A program made the translations under genes and the position numbers. Under the pieces are notes generated by a model. That model saw only the letters and a list, made by a program, of their open reading frames with translations, was not told where the DNA came from and searched no databases. Source: a virus (lineage: Duplodnaviria; Caudoviricetes). Taken from it: a stretch of DNA of 64,000 nt. The stretch is from the IMG/VR virus record IMGVR_UViG_3300027563_000005, positions 12,007 to 76,006 of that record; one strand, written 5' to 3'. This document shows, piece by piece, positions 20,701 to 29,534 of the stretch (position 1 is the stretch's first letter; every line of letters begins with the position of its first letter).

Positions 20701-23700
20701 TCAATTTCTTGTATTCTTCAATTGTAATCTTTAAAGGAGTGCCAGATCCCTTCATGCTTTCATAAAGAAGAGTATTTTTTTCTCTTAATGCTTTTGCATT
20801 ATTAATTGCTTCTTTAATCTTGTCATTAAAGTTTGTAAACTTAAGTCCTGCTTTTTGTGCAGCCTCGGCTGTCATTCCATATCCTAAAGCATTTAATCTA
20901 AGAGCTTCCTTGTGAGCCTGCCATTTATCCCAGGCAAACTTTACTACTGCTGCGCTACTGCCGAGTGCAAGATTAAATCTTGTAAATATGCTTAGTGAGT
21001 GTCCAAGTGCTTTGCTTAAAAGATTTGAGCTTCCTGTAAGCTTGCTTAACATTGTTCCGTATTTAGTTAACTGCGGTACACCAGTAACTTTATTAACTCC
21101 TACTGCACCAATTGGAGTTGTAGCTTTAGGGAACATGTTGCTAATTCCTTTGCCACCGCCCTTTGGCATCATGTTACCCATTAATAAAAATGGAAGGAAG
21201 GATCCCATTGTGGTAATTGCGTTTCCAGTAGTTCCGCCAACCTTTTCACCAGCATACTTTGAACCTTCGCTTAAACCCATAATTAAAAGCAATTGTTTAA
21301 GCATTGGAATGAGGCCGCCTGGATTAAACCCGTTAATAGGTCCGCCAGCCTTATATCCATTTGGAATTATGCCGCCAGCATTTCTTGGAACAAATAGCTC
21401 TGGCCCCTTTTCTCCAACAATGTATGGCTGGCCCGCATTAACTGGCCCACCCATTTCTCTTTTTTCTATTCCAAATACTAACTGCTTTAAAGTTTCTGTT
21501 AATGGGGTGTCTTTTTTAGATTCCCAGTTTGCAAACTTTTTTCTAAGAATTTCTCTATCTATAGCAGAAAGAACTTTTCTTCCTTCTGGTGCAGACAATG
21601 TTGAGGAGGCCGCAGATCTTATTACAGAATCCATAACATCTGGCTCTACTGCTCTTATTAAGTGGCCCTGTGCGTTCTTGGTATATCCATATGGCATTTC
21701 TTTAGCAAGAGCTGCAGCAAATTTATCATATAGAATTTTTTGCGTTCTCTTTGTTAACCCAGTAGATCCAAAAAGTTTTTCAGCCATTCCTATCTGTAAT
21801 GATGTTACTCCCCATGGGGCTGACTCATACGTGCTTGGTTTAGGTGCACCTGTTGGTCCAAATCCTGCGCCAATTCTATGCATTGCTTTGCTCTTTGTAA
21901 TTGCTTCAAGCAATCCACCAAATCTAAATCCGTTTGCATCAGTTTTAAATGCATTGTCTGACAGGCTTGCTGAATGGCCAGTTTGTCTGCGCTTTAGTTC
22001 GTCTGCCGCTACCATCTTTGCTATAGCCGCTGGCGTCATTTGTTTTTCTGGTGACATCTGTAAACCAGAGTGAATTCCATGAAGCTCTTTCCAATTTACG
22101 CCTCTTGCATCAGATAGCCTTTTAATCATTGCTTCATAAACAACTTTTTCTTCTGGGTTTAAATCAAATCTTGAAACTGTCTGCTTAAGCTTTGGTAAAG
22201 CGCTTTCAATCTCTTTAAGCATACGGCTATGATATTCATCAGCTGTCATTCCTTTTGGTATCTGGTGGGTTGACTCAGCAAAGAATTTCTTAGCTCCGCT
22301 GCCTTTTTTCCCTAATAGATTTATATAAGCCTGATCTTTTACTGAGGGCATAACTGATGCGTATCCTCTAAGCCCAGATGCTGCTGAGAATACTCCAGCT
22401 GGTCCTACGTCTGAAAGAACGTTTCCAGATAAATTACCTCTTGCCAAATCTTTGTCTCCACGTAAAGCTGATGCGACTAGCTGTCTAAAATATTCGTCTG
22501 TAGTAAATTTAGCATCTGTCGCTGCAACTTTGGGATCAAATTTAGACTCAAGTGCTAATAGCTTTCTTCTACCAGTTGGATCGGTAGGGTCTCTCATTAC
22601 AACAACTTTTTGTGTTGGAGCATGTAATCCATGAACCTCACGAGCAATTTGTGTTGCTCTCATTTCTGCAACTGCTGCTCTCTCGTCTAACACTGGCTTT
22701 ACAAATACTTTTTCATCGCCCTTCATATAAAGTCCGCCAACTCCTGGAACAGGGAAGCTACGGCCTGAAGTAGGAGAGAGAAGCTCTCCGTATTGAGTTA
22801 CTGGAGTCTTTGCAAATCTAGAATCAGTAACTGCCTGGTCTGCTTTTTCCATGGCAACTCTTTTTGCTCTTTGTTCTTCAACTTGTTTTATAGTTTTAGG
22901 CATGCCAATAAAGAAAGGCTTACCGTATCCATATCTTCCTGGCTCTACAGTTCCTCCAGGAATAGATCCTCCAGCATTTCTTTTAAGAAATGCTCTTGAC
23001 ATCATTATGGCAAGTCTTTGTCTGCTTGCATTAAACGAGCTTCCGCTGAATGTTCCAAGCATTCCTTTTGCAAGGCCAGCCAACTTTGAATTTTCAATTG
23101 TAGTTAAGCCATTTCTGGATTTAACAAGTGTTTCTAATGCCGCAATAGGCTTTCCGTCTCTTGGCCCCATAGGCTGTAGAACTGAATTAAATATTGATCT
23201 AAAAGACCTGTCTCCAACTCTTATATCTTTAAATGATTTAGAACCAATTACTTCTTTTTCAAACCATTTTTCAAATGTCATGGCTCCATTTTTACCACCA
23301 AACACTCTACTATCTTTTTCAAGATTTCTAAGCATTTCATTAAACACTTTATTAAATTGAGTATTATTTCTTGGGTCTCCACCTAAACCTTGAGCTGCAG
23401 TCATCCATGGCTCAAATGGGTGTCTTCCTGCTGCAATTGCTTTTCTAAATTCTTTTGCTAGCTGTGGACCAGTCATTCCGCTGCCTACTGATCGAGTTTG
23501 TTGATTTGCATCTCTGCTCATCCAAATTGGAATTCCTCTACCAACACTTACAGTGTTAGCATATCCTCTTGTTGCCCGCACCCTTTTAAGATCAGCAGAA
23601 GATGCTTCAGATACGTGGCTTCTTTCAAAAGCTGTCTCTCCGCCAAATTCGTGCATACCGCTTCCAGATGTATTTCCAGGTCCGCCATTTAATTCATACA

Positions 23701-26638
23701 TCAAAGGCATATTTCTTTTTGCAATATTCGCTGGTATGACTGCTTCTCCAGGTGTTAATACAACTGGGACTTGTCCGCCTTCTTGTGCATAATAAGACTT
23801 GCCTCCAAGTATATTTGTTATTAACGGAAGATGCTTTTCAGTTGCAGCTTTATTAATTACAAATGCGCCAGGCTCTGCTGTGGTGTGGTAGGTATCCGTG
23901 TCACCAGTTCCTGGGACAAAGCCTCCTTTTGCAAACCTTGGCTTTGTTGTTTCAATGTTATATCCAGCACCTGATGTTCTTACGCCACCGAGAGCTCTTG
24001 CAATTCTATCAACCATTGCTTTTGTAGGTCCCTTATGAAACATTTCTTTCATATTAGACTTGCCTGTAGATGGATCTACCACTGGCTGTGATGTTAGTGG
24101 AACCGTTGTTAAGTTAGCTGTTCTGCCCATTGTTGCTGCAGTTAGTCTTGTTGTTTCTGCAAGCATTGCTTCTACGGTTGCATTTAATGAAATTATTTTT
24201 GCTCTGGCCTGTTCTACCGTTATCTTGCTTGCTTGAACCTGCTGAACAATTGCTGCAGTTTCTTTTGCTGCAAGGTCTGTTATTTGGCTAAACTCTGGCA
24301 ACAATGCCTTATACGAATCAGATAAGCTTGATGTAACAGTTCCTGTTGCCATAACTTCTGCTTTTAATATTTTAAGTTCTGCTTCAGATTGCATAGCAAT
24401 AGCAGCTGTCATAGCATGCCATTTTGCAGCCTCTGCTGCAACAATTCCTGTAGAGGTTCCACCTACTGATGTTAGGCCAGGTATCTTTGGAAGATCTCCA
24501 TCCATATAGGCCTGTGGGTTTCTACCAACTCTTATGTTTACTGGCTTTGCTCCTGGAACTGTTCCAAATATTGTTCCTTCTTGGGGATTGCCAGAAGGGA
24601 TCAAATGAGACATATCTCTTGAATATGGTCTACCGACTAGGGGGTTATTTTTATCTACTACTCTGCCTGAACCGCCTGCTGCCATAATTACTCCGCCTGC
24701 AACTGTTGATACTGCTGGCTGAACTGCTACCTTTGCTGCATTTGCTTTTGTTTCTAAGTTTATAAAAGACTGAGCTAAAGTATTTACTGCATTAGATAAA
24801 ACAATAGTTGCTTCTGTGTCTGAGTAGAATGAGGTGGCTAATCCTTTAGCTGCAGCATCTGCGGCTATGATCTCTGGCGTTAGAAGCCTGAACCCTTGAC
24901 CGCCTTTTGCAAGTTGTCTTAAGTGGAATATTCCCTTAACTACGTAACCAATAAAGTTACCCATTACACCAGCCATCATAATTAGTGGACCAGCTATTGC
25001 AGTTAATCCTCCCAATACGTTTAGTAATGTTTTAACTGGCTCGGGAAGCTTTTGGAAAAACTTTATAATTGCGTCAACAACTTTTAAGACCTTTGTGCTT
25101 ATTCTTAAAAATTGCTCTCCTGCTCCAGCAAGATCTGCTTGTACTGATGCCCAGGCTCTTTTAAATTGTCCAGAGGCTGACTCTGTCATCATCTTTAATT
25201 CTCGCTCTGAGATTGCTGCTAAATCTGTCACGCTTGCTTTCATTAAGTCCATAACCTGAAGTGTCTGTGATCCAGACTTTCCTAGGTTTTCAAACAGAGC
25301 TGACATTCTTGCAAACTGGAACTTACCAAATAGTTGTTCAATTGCTCTAGATTTATCTAGCGGATTAAGATTGTCTAGTGCGGCCTGCAATGATAATATT
25401 GTTGCAGTTAGATCACCAGCATTATCATTTACAATACCCTTTAGATCAATTCCAAATCCCATAAACTGCTCTGTTGCAACTTTAGTTGGGTTAATGAGAG
25501 ATGCCATTGCTGACTTGATTGCATTTGCGCCTTCAGAAGCATTTACTCCGCCTTCTTTCATTGCTGTGAGGTAAAGAGCTAAATCTTTTACATCTCCGCC
25601 AAGAGATTTAATTACGGGACCAGCTTTAGGAATTGCTTCAGTCAAATCTGCAAGGCTTGTTGATGTCTGGTTTTCAACTGCGTTAAGGAAGTCAATCGAT
25701 TGTGCTAGTTCATCAGTGCTCTGCTTAAAAGCATTTTGAATTGCAAGAGTTGCCTTCATTGCATCTTGTCTATCAACTTCACCAAGCACGGCAAGTCTTG
25801 TTGTTTGCTGTGTGGAGGCAATTAAATCATTGCCCTGTTGTCCTGTTGCTGCTAAGTCTGCAGCGAGTGCAATTGTTTCTTTATATGCAACACCATAAGA
25901 GCCAGCAATTTCTCTAGCTGTTGCGGTAACGTCTTTTCTTACTTGTGCTAAATCTGCAGATGAAGTTGCGGCAAGACCACCATAAACCTTTGTTAGTCTT
26001 ACTAACTCTGCATCTGCTTCTCTAAATGCTTTTTGTGCTGCCGCTCCAAACATAACTAGCGGGACAGTTAGTCCTACTGTTAGCTGGCGTCCCGCCCACT
26101 GTGTATTTTTACCCCAGTTAATAAGTCCTGTTGATCCATCAAGCATGACCTTATTCATGATTGCAGCTTCTTGTCTAGCAATCGCCATCTTGTTTTTTAT
26201 TTCATCAAGACCTTTTGCAACCATTACGTTATATTGCATATGGCCTTGTGCGTTTTTACCCACAGGCTGTACTATTGCTTGCTGAAGCATTACTTGCTGC
26301 TTAGCAAGATCTCTAATTAATGAGCTTGTTTTCTTTGTATGGCCGCTCCAAGCATTATAATAATCGTTGAGCTTGAGGCGACCTCTATCTAAGTTCTTAC
26401 CGAACTTGTCTACGTCTGAAGATAGTGATACAAAGTGTTGAGAGAACTGGCCTGTTGATGTAAGCGTTGTAGCAAACGACTTGTTCATCACTGCAATTTG
26501 GTTTGCAAGCTTTGCGTTTGTTCCCGCTGTTGTTTCTTGTAACTTTACGAGTTGGGCAGTAACCGCAGCTAGTTGAGCTCTTAAGCTCGTGAAGTCTGCG
26601 TGGGCGGTAATATTGGTCGTTATTATATTATCTGCCAT
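14762..26638 (-). CDS. Tape measure protein, 3958 aa, multi-domain
   Basis: N-terminal PhageMin_Tail-type helical region; GEKGPELF and SDSIPAYLSNGEYVI TMP motifs; directly follows the tail chaperones. Confidence 0.93.
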   Translation of the reverse strand: MADNIITTNITAHADFTSLRAQLAAVTAQLVKLQETTAGTNAKLANQIAVMNKSFATTLTSTGQFSQHFVSLSSDVDKFGKNLDRGRLKLNDYYNAWSGHTKKTSSLIRDLAKQQVMLQQAIVQPVGKNAQGHMQYNVMVAKGLDEIKNKMAIARQEAAIMNKVMLDGSTGLINWGKNTQWAGRQLTVGLTVPLVMFGAAAQKAFREADAELVRLTKVYGGLAATSSADLAQVRKDVTATAREIAGSYGVAYKETIALAADLAATGQQGNDLIASTQQTTRLAVLGEVDRQDAMKATLAIQNAFKQSTDELAQSIDFLNAVENQTSTSLADLTEAIPKAGPVIKSLGGDVKDLALYLTAMKEGGVNASEGANAIKSAMASLINPTKVATEQFMGFGIDLKGIVNDNAGDLTATILSLQAALDNLNPLDKSRAIEQLFGKFQFARMSALFENLGKSGSQTLQVMDLMKASVTDLAAISERELKMMTESASGQFKRAWASVQADLAGAGEQFLRISTKVLKVVDAIIKFFQKLPEPVKTLLNVLGGLTAIAGPLIMMAGVMGNFIGYVVKGIFHLRQLAKGGQGFRLLTPEIIAADAAAKGLATSFYSDTEATIVLSNAVNTLAQSFINLETKANAAKVAVQPAVSTVAGGVIMAAGGSGRVVDKNNPLVGRPYSRDMSHLIPSGNPQEGTIFGTVPGAKPVNIRVGRNPQAYMDGDLPKIPGLTSVGGTSTGIVAAEAAKWHAMTAAIAMQSEAELKILKAEVMATGTVTSSLSDSYKALLPEFSQITDLAAKETAAIVQQVQASKITVEQARAKIISLNATVEAMLAETTRLTAATMGRTANLTTVPLTSQPVVDPSTGKSNMKEMFHKGPTKAMVDRIARALGGVRTSGAGYNIETTKPRFAKGGFVPGTGDTDTYHTTAEPGAFVINKAATEKHLPLITNILGGKSYYAQEGGQVPVVLTPGEAVIPANIAKRNMPLMYELNGGPGNTSGSGMHEFGGETAFERSHVSEASSADLKRVRATRGYANTVSVGRGIPIWMSRDANQQTRSVGSGMTGPQLAKEFRKAIAAGRHPFEPWMTAAQGLGGDPRNNTQFNKVFNEMLRNLEKDSRVFGGKNGAMTFEKWFEKEVIGSKSFKDIRVGDRSFRSIFNSVLQPMGPRDGKPIAALETLVKSRNGLTTIENSKLAGLAKGMLGTFSGSSFNASRQRLAIMMSRAFLKRNAGGSIPGGTVEPGRYGYGKPFFIGMPKTIKQVEEQRAKRVAMEKADQAVTDSRFAKTPVTQYGELLSPTSGRSFPVPGVGGLYMKGDEKVFVKPVLDERAAVAEMRATQIAREVHGLHAPTQKVVVMRDPTDPTGRRKLLALESKFDPKVAATDAKFTTDEYFRQLVASALRGDKDLARGNLSGNVLSDVGPAGVFSAASGLRGYASVMPSVKDQAYINLLGKKGSGAKKFFAESTHQIPKGMTADEYHSRMLKEIESALPKLKQTVSRFDLNPEEKVVYEAMIKRLSDARGVNWKELHGIHSGLQMSPEKQMTPAAIAKMVAADELKRRQTGHSASLSDNAFKTDANGFRFGGLLEAITKSKAMHRIGAGFGPTGAPKPSTYESAPWGVTSLQIGMAEKLFGSTGLTKRTQKILYDKFAAALAKEMPYGYTKNAQGHLIRAVEPDVMDSVIRSAASSTLSAPEGRKVLSAIDREILRKKFANWESKKDTPLTETLKQLVFGIEKREMGGPVNAGQPYIVGEKGPELFVPRNAGGIIPNGYKAGGPINGFNPGGLIPMLKQLLLIMGLSEGSKYAGEKVGGTTGNAITTMGSFLPFLLMGNMMPKGGGKGISNMFPKATTPIGAVGVNKVTGVPQLTKYGTMLSKLTGSSNLLSKALGHSLSIFTRFNLALGSSAAVVKFAWDKWQAHKEALRLNALGYGMTAEAAQKAGLKFTNFNDKIKEAINNAKALREKNTLLYESMKGSGTPLKITIEEYKKLKKEVKENYSDQVALINQTGDNAEDQKALAIRLKEQLIAMGMSAEDAAKKIYTMYAASDFAPNAAAYTISSKGFNDIKDTASAAASAIDSLTTAMATNRDATEQANQLNTAMMALSTDVEARQAKALKEARKQANKDGTYLSTGDEKQIMLDQEQAAIDAINSKVQNQVYLTEEVVDEMAKIDPAIRQIANEQETALSLWQKTRIQVKGYTGDLRALNAQQTNDLYNLQIALGKSIEAANRAPGGALEKQYKALDANKKLQAAYEKAAKGQSVAQQISDRDKINSIQKQIDANNKLTESRLKALDAAKQEGDIGREIAKKQAEYDAALATGNIAGAQQASLDIQGYQSELQYNSQKKSLEDSNILKNLPLQKLIEAIQGKQQGIADKAALAGEKLGDLSKTITNQESAISAVNTAMLNWEIELLKQPEQERAQWKAGKQSETMLAAVASAAKDAGIKLNGLKDLDLAKALTDGLQNKLGAMSTIDVKGNVSIYVDGKKFEIGGKGSGTKDAPYDLGKAGVGTNTISKTTLADWSGIGGFGKLGTRQKVKDIAVERGILPGQFFSLTDGEGKIFVYKMGDKGQITEITDPYNKADGGYIRGAGTATSDSIPAYLSNGEYVIKADSVAKYGVDHFDALNAGKYAGGGPIKPTPLSTHTSSFGNGSTTVDVNHRGGKLMGPIEAWQDANKQVIKIEVPPITANFATNSYTLNKEQRLELQAIAKDLIKHKLASIVVQGHTDSVGKGKDNKILSQNRANAIAEYMSKFVPGTAFTPVGYGEYRPLVPNTTAENRAKNRRAELFLPDKYKTIYPEYVPEKHEYFLSKGKLEGGGEILGTNGQLIGTNGTLVSGGSMQSTINWGKLFKKIKKAIGFHTGGSVGPHRHGRNLPQTKSKYKSVDQYREEQGMDLGNTSDTGNSGGTNWLKFLEPGEVSDPSKRSGWSNLVHSFSNTMTPAMKHMNPGGPILYELFGKYLQQSATNIYAGEGKWNDYTSIGSTFAGGPIAKGVSSIPKLIKGLMNPQVREALKLMKRGTHNSPNPNLVDDLLDPMSYQAGKEQTLGNFTHFAANPMYQAGQPKYGPNVYKPKLGVKAFLAILKSKGFLNPSQMGQYGYPGSMYGAKFTDEGIQKAIQDGFIGTKLNINNPTAGQFAPFFTGFGKNHPLGGIKKFGFGGWVKSGFKKMPQIMGSAAIWQSMEEIEKRLSLKWGANENASGLSKWGRALGRVAFNTAQGGLSGLTFGGPGGLAGVGIGLVEGLAGLIKDGSQYGVKGGTQSGVKGFNANKELKNMSFSKSAQNVALTAGLSVPFGFAGNKIAPHISKIVQRVKDAKAWTHFAHNSPDALTPNIGRRTDAMHTYGPGTYGALDSTTYASDQFSTNAHKLSLSPLAWLKTAFGKGAITDGPEMAAEKLRYANKFGVSQPTYISDDFANYLRKRGYSGYKTEDGIVTNWNVGYPGFGLKNDLGKIPFAAKGILAKAKGLLSKIKSGVTGIPARIKELRLPNKLENETLKHGYQYGRKSGQAQTDLLLDPKQLKARKDYEAPLIKILDEAGYEPNDYGSGWVRKGTDPQHPKTSDFLSERDGTLYDILGQLNRGMYDFNPIVHGRGRYHYGSAVGAKVKNIEDRIIKFLKSKAVKSNPIVSKLMVNRFFGKKFTDFMVKNASDDVIGVFPPGLPMSSIQDALGTTSFHGGALSEIANRVLSSGPVGEAGKLFKGQAINPAKNWFGLDLFTTSSQSVGKAYRQKNLETNPLSSLFELALRIKSAKPLDIRHGIPALSISNPKFLRTYIKTLLKAGKHREAFEFLLQEGGSELRKIGSTASDARAQAFSQGTETAEALIRSKLDSILHTGGMQVNPGAELHNVLAMLDPEKLVAGFKKILEYSGNGIGSTYGIPQLKTGINNVPADMLAMLHKNEAVVPANMNPFNPNANNATMGGGVYNITNNINGYDGNLEQLSSMVTQKTITAIKSLDSRNAKMAGPSFTVGAK
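18310..18612 (-). other. OmpA C-terminal-like peptidoglycan-binding domain within the TMP
   Basis: F..NSY.L, VQGHTDSVG, N..LSQNRA, GYGE.RP..N.T..NRAKNRRAE. Confidence 0.85.
22100..22760 (-). other. Atypical kinase-like (PI3/4K/HipA/CtkA-type) domain within the TMP
   Basis: GVGGLY..VFVK, AE..A..I...GL.AP, D.D...GN and DVG motifs. Confidence 0.55.
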
Positions 26639-26647
26639 ATATATATG

Positions 26648-27022
26648 TTACTCTATAGAGTATCCTAATCCCGCTCCGACACCGAATCCAGCTTCCGCTG
26701 CTAAGCCACCTTGTAATGAAACAACATCGTCTGCTGATGCATTAATACCTAGTGCTCTTCTTCTAATGTCTTCGAAGGATGATCCCTCCTTATTTTCATT
26801 ACTGCTTTCATTTAACTCAACGCCTTGTATTAAAGCTAAGAACTTTCTTTTCTCTTCTTCAGTTTTTTGCATTGATTTAAAAGTCTGGACCATCTCTGGC
26901 ATCGAAAGACTATCTTCTAATTCTTCGTAATTTTTCCAATTACCTAGTAGAAAGACTTCCCCTTCTAAAGCGGCTAAATCTAGTTCTGTCCAGCCAGTAC
27001 CGTTGCCGCTAGAAGGTTTGGG
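26648..27022 (-). CDS. Tail assembly chaperone GT extension (-1 frameshift frame)
   Basis: The -1 frame is open from the slippery site through GWTELDLAALEGEVFLLGNWKNYEELEDSLS into the 84-aa ORF. Confidence 0.8.
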   Translation of the reverse strand, partial: PKPSSGNGTGWTELDLAALEGEVFLLGNWKNYEELEDSLSMPEMVQTFKSMQKTEEEKRKFLALIQGVELNESSNENKEGSSFEDIRRRALGINASADDVVSLQGGLAAEAGFGVGAGLGYSIE

Positions 27023-27312
27023 TCGTCCATCTTAATTCCACCGCATACTTCAAGAATGCGATTGATTGTTGGAACGTCAAGTGTGTCTTCAAATGCGTCA
27101 ATGTCTTTAACTAGCTCTGGTAGTTGCTTTTCTAAAGCCACTGCACACGCTTCAATTAAAATTGTTAGTGTCTCGTCTTCTGACGTTACTTCTGCTGTCT
27201 TTTGAATGACTACCATAAACTTGCGAAGCTCTTTAATTGTTAAAGGCTTAAGCTTAACGGTTGCGCCATTTTGTAGTTGAATCTCTTCAACGTCGTATAC
27301 TGTAGTTGCCAA
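26980..27312 (-). CDS. Tail assembly chaperone (gpG-like)
   Basis: Lies between the major tail protein and the TMP; TTG start with AGGAGG RBS. Confidence 0.85.
   Translation of the reverse strand: MATTVYDVEEIQLQNGATVKLKPLTIKELRKFMVVIQKTAEVTSEDETLTILIEACAVALEKQLPELVKDIDAFEDTLDVPTINRILEVCGGIKMDDPNLLAATVLAGQN
27016..27022 (-). promoter_or_regulatory. -1 programmed ribosomal frameshift site C CCA AAC
   Basis: X XXY YYZ heptamer in frame near the end of the chaperone gene. Confidence 0.8.
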
Positions 27313-27373
27313 TTTAATCCTCCTAGGATCTTGTCTTAATTATTGTATCATATTCAAAATACAAGAGCAATAG

Positions 27374-27397
27374 AAAACCCCCCAATTTCTTGGGGGG
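27374..27397 (-). terminator. Intrinsic terminator after the major tail gene
   Basis: CCCCCCAA/TTGGGGGG stem followed by TTTT on the minus strand. Confidence 0.75.
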
Positions 27398-27422
27398 CAA
27401 TCTATTAATTAAATTAAATTAA

Positions 27423-28121
27423 TTATGCTACTAGGACACGGTCAACAATAACGCCGTATTCCTTGCCTGCCTTTGCTTCTACTGGAAGCAAACGGAAGGT
27501 TACTGGGAATGTTGTTGCTGCGTTACGTGATAGTGAGAACTGTGACTGTTGTACAGAAAGAACACGACGAGCATAATATACACGCTCTGCCTTTGTTGCA
27601 GATTCTGTAGGTGCCTGTCCAACTGCTACTAGCTGACGCTCTGTTGGTGCAATACCAAGAGCTCCTGCTTCCATACCAATTGTAGATGTCTTTGAGTCTG
27701 TCGTTCCTGCTACTGTTGGTGTTCCTGACTGTCCGAATACTGCAAGAACGTTCTCAAGAGTACCTTCTGCAAGCTCTGTTGCAATCATAACTTCCATTGA
27801 CTCTTTGAAAAGCTTTGCTGAGTCAAGAAGCTGATCTACTGTTACTGAACCGTATGATGGGTTGTAAGTAATCTGAAGACCGTTGTTTGTAAATCCTACG
27901 TTTCTCCACTTTGCTGATGCTCCTGCTGCGTTTGCATTTAGAGTATCTGTGTATGAAACTGTTGCTGGAATTGCTGGTGTAGCTGCTGTATTTTTTGTAA
28001 CAAAATTTACACCGTCGGTTGAACCTGGCTCCATGTCATCCTTGTAGCCTGCTGATGTTGAATCAAGTGCTGACAAGAATAGTGGAGAAGCTCCAACTAG
28101 AATATTTTTGGCTGATGCCAT
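27423..28121 (-). CDS. Major tail (tube) protein
   Basis: NILVGA, VGFTNNG, VDQL and TELAEGTLEN motifs; GGAGG RBS before the ATG at 28121; followed by a terminator. Confidence 0.85.
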   Translation of the reverse strand: MASAKNILVGASPLFLSALDSTSAGYKDDMEPGSTDGVNFVTKNTAATPAIPATVSYTDTLNANAAGASAKWRNVGFTNNGLQITYNPSYGSVTVDQLLDSAKLFKESMEVMIATELAEGTLENVLAVFGQSGTPTVAGTTDSKTSTIGMEAGALGIAPTERQLVAVGQAPTESATKAERVYYARRVLSVQQSQFSLSRNAATTFPVTFRLLPVEAKAGKEYGVIVDRVLVA

Positions 28122-28239
28122 TTGTATTACCTCCATTAAATAAATATATATATTGACTTACTTTTAAATCTAAATCAAAGCTGGCTAGGCTCTCTTTTTC
28201 CTCTTGCCTAATTTTACTGGATAACTATCCTAAAAGCAA

Positions 28240-28749
28240 CTAGTTGAATCTTCCGCTTTTGTCTGTAGTCCTTGAATACTTGACTTCTAGGATCACATCC
28301 GTGGACATAAAGCCCTTTAGCTCTATGGACGGATCTATAGGGGATGTCTCTACAATATGGATGCTGTGAAACTTTAGCTTGCTGGGCCTATTTTGATCAT
28401 TTACATCTACTGCCGATTCGTCCATTCTTCTAAATAGATCAGTCATGAGGTTTCTAATCTCATATATTTCCGTAACGTCTGTGGAGTATATTGTAAATAA
28501 GATCTTCTCGCAGCATATTAACCAGTTCTCTTCATATGACATTCCTATCTTGTCATAGATTATATGCTTTTTTCCATTTAAAAATTGATCCATTTCTGGG
28601 GATTGCTGTACTGGGATGATTGGAATTATTTCTTTTCCGAGATTATCTGAATAGTAGTCATAGGCATTAAATATAAAAGAATCTTTTAGTTCTTTCCACA
28701 AAAATTTACGGAGCTCAAACATTGCGTCTATTTTATAGTCTACGGTCAT
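28240..28749 (-). CDS. Putative tail terminator/completion protein
   Basis: Synteny (just upstream of the major tail gene) and size. Confidence 0.55.
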   Translation of the reverse strand: MTVDYKIDAMFELRKFLWKELKDSFIFNAYDYYSDNLGKEIIPIIPVQQSPEMDQFLNGKKHIIYDKIGMSYEENWLICCEKILFTIYSTDVTEIYEIRNLMTDLFRRMDESAVDVNDQNRPSKLKFHSIHIVETSPIDPSIELKGFMSTDVILEVKYSRTTDKSGRFN

Positions 28750-29534
28750 AGTGAGCCTCCAAATGCTGCATCCAAGGATGCGTCTGCCTGTATCCTTATT
28801 TTACCAGGGGTAAAGCTATATTGCACTTTTTTAATATTCATAGGTACTCCCAGAGCCCTTGCCATTTTTAAATTAAATATTCTTTGTAGGCCTGATGATT
28901 TTATTGAAGAGTTTACTAATTGCCCGCCAAAAAATCTTCCATAAGATAGTGAGAACTGGTGAGATGCTTGTGCCCCACCAGGCTTCCTAACGGTCACTGA
29001 GGTGCCTTTGGGCATAAAGACTGTTTCACCATCCATCTCGAATACAAGGCGCTCAGCGGACCTTGGGCGGATTACTATGGGCATCCCAGCTTCCATCACG
29101 TCAGCTTTGTTTCCAAATACATATTTTTTCTTTTGTTTTTTATTTTTGGTGGGCACAGATGATTTTGATAATTTAAAATTATAGTTTATTCTAAATGATA
29201 AGCCTTCCATCTCAATTGCATAAAGATGAAATAATCTAGAAGAAGGTATGCCTGTTTTATTCCATTCATAAACATGATGCAATGATCTGGGCCTTGTTCT
29301 TGCTTGGGAATCCATATATAGCCCAAAGTCTTTTTCTATCTGATTAAAGATAGTTGTTTTAAATAGATTTTTAAATGATTCGTTTGTGGTTAATTTTGAA
29401 AGGACTGCAGCCTCATAATATAAGAATGCTGATATTTGTGCAACCGTACTGTCCTTGATAACTCCTGGGACTGAGCCTGCCATTAATCTTTCTAGGCCGC
29501 TTGCTGTTTGAATTAAAGCTACGCTAGAATCCAA
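28746..29534 (-). CDS. Putative neck/tail completion protein
   Basis: Synteny; LHHVYEW motif; likely TTG start at 29534. Confidence 0.55.
   Translation of the reverse strand: MDSSVALIQTASGLERLMAGSVPGVIKDSTVAQISAFLYYEAAVLSKLTTNESFKNLFKTTIFNQIEKDFGLYMDSQARTRPRSLHHVYEWNKTGIPSSRLFHLYAIEMEGLSFRINYNFKLSKSSVPTKNKKQKKKYVFGNKADVMEAGMPIVIRPRSAERLVFEMDGETVFMPKGTSVTVRKPGGAQASHQFSLSYGRFFGGQLVNSSIKSSGLQRIFNLKMARALGVPMNIKKVQYSFTPGKIRIQADASLDAAFGGSL

Noticed and set aside
20988-22073. Long plus-strand ORFs (361 aa here; also 32654..33262, 51496..52236 and others)
   Set aside because: They are antisense shadows of well-supported minus-strand genes, with no RBS or recognisable motifs
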